Shown piece by piece: positions 22,452 to 34,375 of a stretch of 64,000 bases of DNA. The stretch comes from Octopus sinensis (taxonomy: Eukaryota): positions 87,420,001 through 87,484,000 of the forward strand of contig NC_042997.1 in assembly GCF_006345805.1 (NCBI RefSeq), read 5' to 3'. Position 1 is the stretch's first letter, and each line of letters begins with the position of its first letter. Below the pieces are notes generated by a model that saw only the letters and a list, made by a program, of their open reading frames with translations, was not told where the DNA came from and made no database searches. The translations under genes and the position numbers were made by a program.

Positions 22452-24506
22452 CTGTTGTCTGCTGCTTGTTTGTGAGTTCTCTCTGTTTTTATGTTGCTTT
22501 ACTATTGCATTGTTTGTTGTACCTGTTGAAATTCGAACTGTTGGTAATTTGTGAACTGTTATTTTCGCCCTGCGGGACAGAAAATTGTGAATTTTTTGAT
22601 ATTGTTGAAAACAATTGCTATTAGACCTTTTGTAATTTGAACTTTTACCCTTTGCAGGATAAAAATAGAGAATAATAATTTTTGACAATAATTTTGGCAA
22701 AAATTAATTTTTGTCAATTTGTATATTCCTTTTTAAGGAATATATTTTTCTTTAAAATTACATTATGGAATTCAGCATAATGTCTAAGGAGAATTTTCCA
22801 GAAATGGAAAAAGTACCAAACAAAATAAATTGATAATGTAAAACAAGTGTTTAAGGAAAAAACCCCAGTTTTTTTGGCAGCTGTAGGTGGTAATAGGATA
22901 ACGCTAGAGGTGACGATGGCTGAATTGTCTAAGTATAGAAATCTCATAAAAAAGAACGGAAATGGTACGAAGTTGCTCCTTCTGCAGGAAATTGTAGAAA
23001 ATATAGCCGTGAGGACTATGGTATATAAAACGTATAACCTAAAGGAAAAATAAATTGTAACTTGTAAAAGTGAAATAATTGAAAGGTATCTGGCACCTAT
23101 ATGGAATAAAATTCTGTACGTTGGATGAGGTAAAAAGAATGCTACGGTAGAAGCACAGTTTACTAACGAGAGCATGGCTAAGGAGTTATCAACAAGAACA
23201 TTAAAAAATTAGGAAATAATTTTACTAACAACATATTTGGGTAGAAGAATGGCAAAAATCACCCTAGAAGAAATACCAGTAGGATATGACGTAATTTGGA
23301 TAGCAGCAGCCATGACCTATGATAAGGAGGGAAAATGTCTATTTTACAGATGAAGAAAGTAGCCGAAAATTGGAAGGGGCAGATCCTTGAGGTCATGGTT
23401 CAAGCCACCACAGAAGTATTGAAGGGCTACCCGATAAGATATTTATAGGGGAGGGGCATAGGCCACACTGCTTTAAGTGTGGCAAAAGGACCACATCCGC
23501 TCCGGATGCAAGCCTAAAAATTGAGTGAAGCCTCTCCCCAAAAAGAACTGCTAGAGACAGAAGAAAAAGAGAAACAAGAACTGAAAAGACAGGAAAAGAC
23601 GAGAAAAGACACAAGGAAAGACACAAGAAAAAAATGCAAGGAAAAACACAAGGAAAAACACAAGAAAGAACACAAGATAGAACTCAAAACACAGAGGAAA
23701 AAATGGAAGTTACCATGGTTGAATCCCAAAAGAGGAAAAGGCCCAAGCCCCAAACTCTCCTCCCCATACAAAGAAAATAAATTAGCCAATTACAGACACA
23801 TATAGAAAAACTCCCTTCACCACCCCTTTGTAAAAACCCATTACCAAACCCCACCCCAAGGCGCAAGAAAAAACTATGTCCTTTAATGAAAAAAACGAGG
23901 TACTATCAAAAGTGATTAGAGCTCATTACAAAGCTTGGGTTTATAAAGACAGTAAGGACATGTTGCCTCACAGCCGAATTGTGAGGATGGAGGTGAGATT
24001 ATTCAATGAACTAAAAGGTCTTAAAAGATGTAAGTCAAGAAAAGGCTGGTGGAACCTTTATGGCCGGTCCAGCGGCTACACTGCAAAAGAAAAAGGATGG
24101 GGAGGAAGTTGAATTCTTACAGTCCTTCTCCAAACTTAAAATGTAAGTTTACTTTACTATGGAGATTAAGGTAGGATGTGTAAATGTGCATGGCTTGGGG
24201 TCGAAATGGAAACAAACTTTCTCCTGAACGACTTTAGGTCACTAGATATAGACGGTTGTATTATTTGGAAAAAATGGAAGGATGTGGCAAGGAAGTTGGG
24301 TATGAATGACCCCGTGGTAGAAAAGTATGGTGTGGCCGTTGGGCTTCATGGCCAAGGATAAACTTGTAAAACTTCTAAATTTTAAAAATATAACATTCAT
24401 CATCATATTTTTAAAAACCACTGTAAAAAGAACTCATAAACGCACTATTTGTTTGTGACATCTTGTATCATCCCACCTATGTATGATATATAATTATCGT
24501 AATAAA
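22452..24506 (+). mobile_element. ORF1-only L1/Tx1-like element (ORF2 deleted except for both ends)
   Basis: ORF1 remnant with a CFKCGK..HIRSGC knuckle. At 24159 MEIKVGCVNVHGL (ORF2 start) is joined within ~100 bp to WKKWKDVARKLG (ORF2 end, homologous to 22190-22220). Flanked by a 23-bp direct repeat. Confidence 0.78.
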
Positions 24507-24524
24507 GAATCATCTCTTAGGTAC

Positions 24525-24571
24525 ATCTCATTGACAAGAGTCTACACACTTGAAACATCGATATCTGAGAT
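24525..24571 (+). ncRNA. Degenerate type I hammerhead ribozyme relic
   Basis: atctca-TTGACAA-gagt(ctacac)actt-GAA-ACATCGATAT-C-tgagat: helix I perfect, core with transitions at C3 and G8, near-palindromic helix III. Confidence 0.5.
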
Positions 24572-24759
24572 TCCAGAGATAGGGCAACACTGAATGAACG
24601 GGGTGTTTTCACACCTTTTTACCATAAGAGGGATTTTTCTCCATGGTAACTAGAGTGTATTTGCCTTTAGTAGTTGAGATATGTGACAAACATATTTCAA
24701 CTAACCTAAATTGTAATTATACGTAAACACTGCTTAGTGTCATTACTTCGATATATATA

Positions 24760-24839
24760 TATATATATATTGGCTTAAGTCTTTCTTTGTTTGATTTGCA
24801 TAATAGTGGTTTTGTCTCTAATTTAATATAATATATATA

Positions 24840-24917
<78 letters not shown>

Positions 24918-25246
24918 CATATATATACATACATATACATACATACATACATACATATATATATATATAATATATATATATATATTATATATACATATAT
25001 ATACACACACACACACATATATATATATATATGTATATATCTATGATATATGTATGTATATATATATATGTATATATCTATGATATATGTATGTATATAT
25101 ATAATATATATATATATACATATATATACATACATATACATACATACATATATATATATATATGTATATATATATGTATGTATATATATATAAATATATG
25201 TATATATATATGTATGTATATAAATATATGTATATATGTATATATA

Positions 25247-25293
<47 letters not shown>

Positions 25294-25316
25294 ATATATA
25301 TATAATATATATATAT

Positions 25317-25360
<44 letters not shown>

Positions 25361-25388
25361 ATATGTATGTATATATGTATATATATAT
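24760..25388. repeat. Compound (TA)n/(TATG)n/(TATC)n microsatellite
   Basis: Direct inspection. Confidence 0.95.
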
Positions 25389-25855
25389 AAATTCTTAAAT
25401 CCTTAAAATGTTTCAGCCCGAAGGCTGCGGCCATGCTGGGGCACCACCATTGAATGAGCTACACTAGTATGTGAATACACCTCTGATATGTGGCACTTGG
25501 TCGACAAGGGAGTTCGATGCTGCTGCCTGCATCTGTGTCTCCTGCTGAAAGGTAGGTTTATCTGGGACCCCCGACAAGAAGAGATCCAGTTTAGCTGAGG
25601 ACGAAAGTTTTCCAAAGGACCATCAGTGTCTCCTCTCTTGTTCTGAAAGTTCGGAGAATCCATCCAGCTAGCTGTCTGCATTTTATCACCAAATTAGTAA
25701 TATACACTTGGAAAGAGGCATCATTGCTCATGTCAATGCCCAGGTCACGCACTGATTTTGACTCAGGAATTAAAATTCTTCCCGGGCCGGTGTATCCAGT
25801 CTGCATATCGTTCACCTTTGTGTGCCGGTAGCGCAGGGCCTGGAACTTCCCTGCA
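25389..25855 (-). mobile_element. CR1/L2-like LINE 3' fragment with tail (copy 1 of a tandem duplication)
   Basis: SVRDLGIDMSNDASF, AGWILRTFRTRE and LDLFLSGVPDKP...AASNSLVDQ motifs; stem-loop tail cagccttcgggctg. Confidence 0.85.
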
Positions 25856-25932
25856 TATATGTATATATATTATATATATATATATATGAATATATATATA
25901 TATATATGTTTATGTATATATGTTATATATAT

Positions 25933-26400
25933 AAATTCTTAAATCCTTAAAAATGTTTCAGCCCGAAGGCTGCGGCCATGCTGGGGCACCACCATTGAAT
26001 GAGCTACACTAGTATGTGAATACACCTCTGATATGTGGCACTTGGTCGACAAGGGAGTTCGATGCTGCTGCCTGCATCTGTGTCTCCTGCTGAAAGGTAG
26101 GTTTATCTGGGACCCCCGACAAGAAGAGATCCAGTTTAGCTGAGGACGAAAGTTTTCCAAAGGACCATCAGTGTCTCCTCTCTTGTTCTGAAAGTTCGGA
26201 GAATCCATCCAGCTAGCTGTCTGCATTTTATCACCAAATTAGTAATATACACTTGGAAAGAGGCATCATTGCTCATGTCAATGCCCAGGTCACGCACTGA
26301 TTTTGACTCAGGAATTAAAATTCTTCCCGGGCCGGTGTATCCAGTCTGCATATCGTTCACCTTTGTGTGCCGGTAGCGCAGGGCCTGGAACTTCCCTGCA
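25933..26400 (-). mobile_element. CR1/L2-like LINE 3' fragment (copy 2, ~545-bp tandem duplicate)
   Basis: Identical to 25389-25855 apart from one homopolymer base. Confidence 0.85.
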
Positions 26401-26562
26401 TATATGTATATATATATATATATGAATATATATATATATGTTTATGTATATATGTATATATATATATGTGTATATATGTATATATATATGTGTGTATATA
26501 TGTATATATATATGTATATATATATGTATAGATACATATATGTATATATATGTATATATATA

Positions 26563-26614
<52 letters not shown>

Positions 26615-26804
26615 GCATATATATGTATGTATATATATATATAATATATATATAATATATATATATATGTATATATATGTAAGTATATGTATATATAATT
26701 TAATAAATAAAATATAGCATACATACATACATATATGTACGTACCTACATCTACATGTATATATGCATGCATATATATATATATACGTATATATATATAT
26801 ATAC

Positions 26805-26870
<66 letters not shown>

Positions 26871-26880
26871 ATATATATAT
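26400..26880. repeat. TA-rich microsatellite tract
   Basis: Direct inspection. Confidence 0.95.
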
Positions 26881-27004
26881 GAGTACAGGATACCACAAAT
26901 AGACGTAGAACTCAACGAGAAACGTAAACATAAAAACAAACATGGAAACAGACTTTTTTTAACAACGAAAAAACAGAGTACAGACAAACAATACAAGGAA
27001 TATT

Positions 27005-27066
27005 CCCCTTCATCAGCTGTCTCTGGTTCGACTCCATGCGTGTTTCGAAGGTAAGGACAGAACACG
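27005..27066 (-). ncRNA. Candidate non-circularly permuted hammerhead ribozyme (copy B)
   Basis: CGUGU-U-CUGUC-CUUA-CCUUC-GAA-ACACG-linker-GACAG-CUGAUGA-A-GGGG. Confidence 0.72.
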
Positions 27067-27175
27067 ACCCGTTGAATAAGTCCTACCTGCAAAAGAATTA
27101 AATAAAATTCCTTTGCAGAGGGGTAAAAATAAGGAAAGAAAAAAAAATGTGACAAGAACAGGACGTAAAAGCAAT

Positions 27176-27316
27176 ACAAATAAAAATACAAATACAAAAT
27201 AAAAATACAAATACAAAATAAAAATACAAATACAAAATAAAAATACAAATACAAAATAAAAATACAAATACAAAATAAAAATACAAATACAAAATAAAAA
27301 TACAAATACAAAAAAA
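27176..27316. repeat. 19-bp minisatellite (tacaaaataaaaatacaaa)n, about 7 copies
   Basis: Direct inspection; it produces the 19-aa periodicity in the spurious ORFs. Confidence 0.9.
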
Positions 27317-27429
27317 TACAGTACACATAAAGAATTAAAACAGGACAAAGAAACCAACATTGAGGGCCTTTTTTTAAACCTAGACGATGGAAAAATTCAG
27401 AGCGCAAGAAAAAAGTCATGTTGACTTAT

Positions 27430-27476
27430 ATGTGCATATATATATATATATATTATATTATATATATATATATATA

Positions 27477-27551
<75 letters not shown>

Positions 27552-27572
27552 GTTTGTATATGTATTTATATG

Positions 27573-27612
<40 letters not shown>

Positions 27613-27629
27613 ATATATATATATATATC

Positions 27630-27695
<66 letters not shown>

Positions 27696-28006
27696 GTATG
27701 TATATATATGTATGTATGTATATATATGTACATATATATATGTATATGTATGTATGTATATATATATGTACATATATATATGTATATGTATGTATATATA
27801 TATGTACATATATATATGTATATGTATGTATATATATGTATATTTGTGTATATATATATATATATGTATGTATTTATATGTATGTATATATATTTGTATA
27901 TATACGTATTTGTGTATGTATATATATATATATATGTATGTATGTATATATATATGTACATATATATATGTATATGTATATATAATATATAATATATATA
28001 TATATA

Positions 28007-28056
<50 letters not shown>

Positions 28057-28088
28057 ACATTTATGTATATATATATTAATATATATAT
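27430..28088. repeat. TA-rich microsatellite tract
   Basis: Direct inspection. Confidence 0.95.
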
Positions 28089-28548
28089 AGGGAGAATTCA
28101 CAAAGAAAACAAAAGATAAAGACAGATGGTGTAGACAACAAACACCTGTATTAGTTTAATGCTCGGGAAGTGAAAAAGTCTTTAACGTTTTGAGCCTACG
28201 CTCTTCCACAGAAAGGAACACAGAAAAAGAACAACCAGAGTAGGAAGAAATGACAATACGAAAAAGTACAAAAAAAGTTTAGAAAGTACTTTGAGAAAAG
28301 TTCAAAAGCTTCGAATGTCATGGTGTATTGGAGTGATTTCTGATCAACAGAGGAGTCCAGTGTAATCCATGGGCAGGAAAGCTGCAGCTGAAGTGTACAA
28401 GAGTAGAAAGTCCAGGTACAGAACCCAGGTAGAAAAGCCAGGTGTAGAAAGTGTAGAAAATCCAAGAACGTGGGCAATGAAAGGAGACACGTGAGCATGT
28501 AATATATGGGGAGAATTCACAAAGAAAACAAAGGACAAAGACACCTAG
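28088..28548 (-). mobile_element. Penelope-type terminal-repeat remnant with a degenerate type I hammerhead (28181-28214)
   Basis: Minus strand tttCTGTGGAagagcgtaggctcaAAACGTTaaa; ~35-bp direct repeat gggagaattcacaaagaaaacaaa at 28089 and 28509. Confidence 0.5.
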
Positions 28549-28549
28549 T

Positions 28550-28777
28550 AATTCCTGGGGGTAAAGATGTTCTATTGAAATGCCTTATTATTCTGATATA
28601 AGAAAGCAATTTCCAGGGGCCATATTATCGATTTTTTCAACAATCTAAGTATGTCACGAGATTTCCAGACATGAGTTCTACTCATGTGTCAAATTTCATC
28701 AAAATCAATAAAACGATGTAGGAAGAGTTAGCTAACAACGTCACAAACAAAACACACCGTTTTTCCACATAAGTAGT

Positions 28778-28778
<1 letters not shown>
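28550..28778 (+). mobile_element. Possible non-autonomous Helitron/HINE-like 3' fragment
   Basis: aaatttcatcaaaatc...aggaagagttag...acaaacaaaacac...taagtagt resembles HINE-type 3' ends; recognition only. Confidence 0.3.
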
Positions 28779-28779
<1 letters not shown>

Positions 28780-28830
<51 letters not shown>

Positions 28831-28831
28831 A

Positions 28832-28876
<45 letters not shown>

Positions 28877-29385
28877 TATATAATAGTATACATATATATA
28901 TGTATACATATATATATATAATATATAGATATATATATATACATATATATATATATGTATATATATATATAGATATATATACATAATATATGATGATAAA
29001 TATTATATATAATATAATATAGATATATATAATTATATATCTGTATATATATATATAAGTATATATATACACATATATATATATGTATGTATATCTATGC
29101 ATGAATATATATATATACACATGTATATATATATATGTATGTATATATATATATATGCATGTATATAATATGTATGTATATATGTATATATATGTGTATA
29201 TATATGTGTATATGTATGTATACATATATGTGTATATGTATGCCTATACATGTGTATATATATGTATTTGTTTATATATGTATATGTATGTATATGTATA
29301 TATATATGTATATATATGTATATATATATATATATATACATGCATGTGTGTGTGTGTCTGTGTATATATATATATATATATATAT
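28780..29385. repeat. TA-rich microsatellite tract
   Basis: Direct inspection. Confidence 0.95.
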
Positions 29386-30644
29386 TTAATCAATATAGGG
29401 TGGCAAAAAATTTTGTAGAATTTTTTTGCCACCAGCGGCCTAGTGGGAAAAAATTAAATAGTCATAGACCATTTTTAAGTTCAACATCAACAATCAAGGA
29501 ACGGCCATAATAGGCCATTCACCCACTAGAAATAACAGCCAAAGCTTCAACCGCAAATAAAAATCAATTCCGTAAACCAGGAGAAAATTTAAAAAACATT
29601 TACCCTGTAATTTCTTATACGATGCACCGTTTCATCTGCTGTTTAATGGTAAACTAACCTGATTAAATTAAATCAAGCCAATCTTCCATAGGCCCTCAGA
29701 TTCTTCAGTAAGAAATAGCCAAGTCGGAACAGATATTTTCACGAGGCATTTCCGACCCTGCCAAGGCAATATCTGACCTAAAATTTTCAAATCATCGCAC
29801 TCGCGCCAAATTTATCGGCAGCAAATAAATATAAGCCGTCGATTCCATTATGGAATTAACCAGAAAATTCATAATTAATCAATATAGGGTGGCAAAAAAT
29901 TTTGTAGAATTTTTTTGCCACCAGCAATGTGATTTATTCAATCATATGGCTGCCAGAACTATATCAGACTGATAATGATTCAGTCGAAATTTGTTATCGA
30001 ACACCTAAGTTACGGGCTAAAAGGGTCACAACATAAACAACAGTGGATTCAAACAAATGTAAACATAAACACACAGCCATCCATTTTATTTGCGGTTGAA
30101 GCTTTGGCTGTTATTTCTAGTGGGTGAATGGCCTATTATGGCCGTTCCTTGATTGTTGATGTTGAACTTAAAAATGGTCTATGACTATTTAATTTTTTCC
30201 CACTAGGCCGCTGGTGGCAAAAAAATTCTACAAAATTTTTTGCCACCCTATATTGATTAATTATGAATTTTCTGGTTAATTCCGTAATGGAATCGACGGC
30301 TTATATTTATTTGCTGCCGATAAATTTGGCGCGAGTGCGATGATTTGAAAATTTTAGGTCAGATATTGCCTTGGCAGGGTCGGAAATGCCTCGTGAAAAT
30401 ATCTGTTCCGACTTGGCTATTTCTTACTGAAGAATCTGAGGGCCTATGGAAGATTGGCTTGATTTAATTTAATCAGGTTAGTTTACCATTAAACAGCAGA
30501 TGAAACGGTGCATCGTATAAGAAATTACAGGGTAAATGTTTTTTAAATTTTCTCCTGGTTTACGGAATTGATTTTTATTTGCGGTTGAAGCTTGGCTGTT
30601 ATTTCTAGTGGGTGAATGGCCTATTATGGCCGTTCCTTGATTGT

Positions 30645-30688
<44 letters not shown>

Positions 30689-30701
30689 CTATCTATCTAT
30701 C

Positions 30702-30766
<65 letters not shown>

Positions 30767-30983
30767 GTATATATATATGCATGGATATATACACGCATGT
30801 ATGTATAGATGGATTGATGGAGGAATGGATGGCTGTGTGTTTATGTTTACATTTGTTTGAATCCACTGTTGTTTAAGTTGTGACCCTTTTAGCCCGTAAC
30901 TTAGGTGTTCGATAACAAATTTCGACTGAATCATTATCAGTCTGATATAGTTCTGGCAGCCATATGATTGAATAAATCACATT
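29386..30983. repeat. Complex tandem plus inverted duplication of a 489-bp unit and a 160-bp segment
   Basis: 29386-29925 is 1.1 units forward; 30084-30648 is the reverse complement of a permuted 1.15 units; 29926-30085 is inverted at 30824-30983. Confidence 0.9.
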
Positions 30984-31734
30984 GAAGGTGGTATATGACC
31001 TCAATCCAATGAAAGTAATAAAAAAATAAATGAGAATAATTACACAATGTGATCAGTCAATAAAAGAAATTAATATTAATTACATTGCAGGAACTGAATT
31101 ATTATTACACTGTAGGTTCCCAGATAAATTAATTTTTAAAAACTATTCTGATTTACAAACTAGATAAACATCTGATGACAAAATATTAATACAAAATATC
31201 AGAGAAACTTAACTTGTAGAATGACTTATAGATCGACAAATGTATCAGTGGAAAAACAATGCAACAACGGAAGAACAATATTTAGTAACATCAGATGGGA
31301 CTTGTATAATTCAGAGAAGCATGGTAACAACTACAGAATTAGAAATAGGATACTTAGTGACACCAGATATGACGTTGAAACAGTGGATGCAACATGAATT
31401 GGTACAATGACCAGTAGAATGACCATGAAAAAAAAATTGTACAGCAGAATAACATTTATAAATACCAGACAGGACAAGCAAAATGGCAATTTAGAGAGAA
31501 ACAATTTTACAATTTATCAATAATCAAGCAATGATAAAGAACCAGGGAACTGTTACCAAGAAAATAACAATTTAGAGAAACTGGATACATGGAAAAGAAT
31601 GAACCTGTTTGAATGTTTCTCTCTCTCTCTTCTGCTCTCCCTTCTTCCTCTCTATCTCTCTCTCTATATATTGTATGTGTGTATGTATACACACACAGTC
31701 ACACACACACATACACACACAGACATACATATGG

Positions 31735-32030
31735 GTAAGTCAAAAATTATACGCACTCTTGTTTCTGTAATTTATTAAATCAAAAGCAGAGGTTGAACAA
31801 TTACATCATTTTACGACATACATAATTTCCTTGCTTTTCCATGCACTTCTTCCATCAGTCCACAATTTTGCTTATTTCATCAGAGAAGAAGGTATTCGAC
31901 TGGTTGCGCAGCCATTAATACACTGCTTCCTGCACTTCTTCATCTGGAGCAAATCGACAACCTCGTAATGGATGTTTGAGCAGTTCATCAAGGTGATAGT
32001 GAGAAGGGACCAGATTTGGACTGTGTGCGT
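31735..32030 (-). mobile_element. Tc1/mariner transposase C-terminal remnant
   Basis: SPNLVPSHYHL...LRGCRF..DEEVQEAV..WL...FFSDEISKIV..WKKCMEKQGNYV. Confidence 0.85.
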
Positions 32031-32381
32031 ATAAGTATTTCATTTATTTCTTATCGTATTTTCTACTGAAGAGGGAGGAATCTATAGGATTAATCCCGAT
32101 ATTGATTCAATATAGAAATAACGAACTTTTAAAAAAAATTCTGTTGGCTAGCTTTCCTTGATTTCAGCATGTGTATTTATAGTGAATGTATAATGAAACG
32201 TGGGAATTGATGATTTAAAGTCTGTTATCAGCATATTGGTTGAGAAATAATTTTTTTTGCCCTTGTTTATAAGGTGTTTATAATTTTAACCGTTAAATGT
32301 ATTTTAATATGCTGCCACTTTTTATGAAATTATTTTTCTGAAAAAAAAAAAATGTTATCCTATATTAGTACTATATATGTG

Positions 32382-32460
<79 letters not shown>

Positions 32461-32559
32461 AAAAGAGAGAGAGAGAGACCAAATTTCTAGGAAACGTTTC
32501 ACAAGATTAAACAAATCTGGTTCTGGGTCCCTATCAAATATCCTCTGACCTTTCTTTTA

Positions 32560-33100
32560 CTCTCTGTTTCTCAGACCGACATACAAGTTGGACTCGCATC
32601 TCATAGACACTGGGTACAAATGAAAATCTCTTGCCTGGACTTAAGGCTTGCAATTTCTTATTAGTTCTCTGTAGGTCCATCTTTTTTCCAGTTTAAATGA
32701 AACATTCACTACAACATGTAGCTGATCTTTATGGCAGTGTATAGTTATTTTCCCTGTCCCATAGAATAATATCAGTCCTATTGCATTTGTTTTGAGTTGT
32801 TGTTCTTATTGGAATGATCTTCCGGTATTCTTAATTTTTAATAGTGTGGATACATTTTGGCCTGGTGTGCCTTTGATATGACCAATGGAACAATCCTTCT
32901 TGTGGACAACACGGTAAATGATTTTAGTAACAGCGTTGTATCTCATGAGAAGGTAGTAACCTTGCAGGTATTTTTGACAGCTGTTGATGACAAAGGAAAT
33001 ATCTAACATTCTGGTACAATCGACATTCAATTTATACCACAACATGGAGGTTTAGAGAGGCTTCCTTATCTCTCTTATTGGTGAAGTATTTAGTAACTAT
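32560..33100 (-). pseudogene. C-terminus of an RLE-type (R2/R4/NeSL-like) non-LTR retrotransposon
   Basis: Degenerate CCHC region (VINSC...RYNAVTKIIY) followed by NRTDIILWDRE, a PD-(D/E)xK-like motif. Confidence 0.55.
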
Positions 33101-33189
33101 TAATTGTTTCTGGATTGCAAAGGAGTAGCCTTCTAGAGGAGAAGTAATGTACCTACAGCAAGGTGGAAGGCTACTCTTCCTGTAAATAT

Positions 33190-33190
33190 A

Positions 33191-33272
<82 letters not shown>

Positions 33273-33520
33273 GTATGTATGTATGTATGCATGCAGTCAT
33301 GTATGTGTGTATGTACGTGTATGTATGTGCGTGTGTATTTATGTATGTGTGTATGCATGTATGAATGTCTGTAAACATGTGTAGGTGTTTGTGTGTGTTT
33401 ATGTATATATGTGTGTGTGTATCTATGTATATATATATAAACACGCATCTGTGTATGCGTGCGTATATACGTGTATTTGTATGTTTGTATTTATGTATGT
33501 GTTTGTGTGTAGATATGTAT
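33190..33520. repeat. TA/TG microsatellite tract
   Basis: Direct inspection. Confidence 0.9.
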
Positions 33521-33710
33521 GCTATCTTATCACAAGCTTCTAAGTGAGTAGGAAAAGATATTAAAATAGATGTAAAAACAGCAAAATTTGACAAATACAG
33601 TTGAGTAAAGAAAATATTGATTCTAGGTAGTTCCTCGACCAGTAAGCCTTAGACATATATGTGTAGAAGGGTATGAAGAGAGATACACATAAATATGTAC
33701 ACACATATAT

Positions 33711-33988
33711 GTTTTTTCCTTCTTGAGCCATGCCTGGCTCATAAGGGCTGGTTTCCCAGTTTCCTTGGCACATAGGTTCCCCACCTGGACAGGACGCCGG
33801 TCCATCGCAGGTGAGCTGCAAGATGCAGGAGGAAAGAGTGAGAAAAAGTTGTGGCGAAAGAGTCACGGTGCCGCGTGAAGCATAGGTGTTTCACTCACAA
33901 ACACACACATCGCCCCAATCTGAGATTCGAACTCGCAATCCCTCAACTGCGAGTCCGCTGCTCTAACCACTAGGCCATGTGCCTCCAC
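33711..33988 (-). mobile_element. tRNA-derived SINE (third head type)
   Basis: Head ggaggcacatggcctagtggttagagcagcggactcgcag...gagttcgaatctc with A/B boxes; shares head and middle with 59299-59608. Confidence 0.8.
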
Positions 33989-34344
33989 ACACATATATGC
34001 AATTATACAGACGACCCTCAAATATAGAAACATGAGTATGATCAAATGCTTATATACAAACATGCACACATATATGCCCATACGTGCTTGTACAAAGAGG
34101 TACTCCCCTCTCCTTCACATATATACATGCATGCACATATGCATGGGCATGCATACACACATGTACAGTAAATACAGAGTGTAAGTAAAGTACTGTGCTG
34201 TTTTGGCTCTTCATGTTCTGAATTCTCAGGCACAAGTGGTAGCTTTGTCCCTGTTATGAGTCAAATAACCATATCTAATCCACAGTATTCTCCCTCTCTC
34301 CACCCCCATGCACACACGCATGCACACACACATGCACGCACACA

Positions 34345-34375
<31 letters not shown>

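Larger units (their letters stand above)
26880..27420 (-). mobile_element. Hammerhead-bearing terminal repeat (copy B), same family as copy A
   Basis: Homology to 18870-19015; lies within a (TA)n tract; includes a 19-bp minisatellite. Confidence 0.55.

Noticed and set aside
29398-29443. Hairpin followed by CTAG-T, suggesting a Helitron 3' end
   Set aside because: No matching 5' TC end or Rep/helicase evidence, and the unit continues past the CTAG in both orientations. Kept only as a possible mechanism.
24818-29510. Numerous long ORFs rich in Y, I, M, C, V and H, also at 33-36, 42-44, 55-57 and 61-62 kb
   Set aside because: Translations of TA/TG/CA microsatellites, which lack stops in some frames; not genes.
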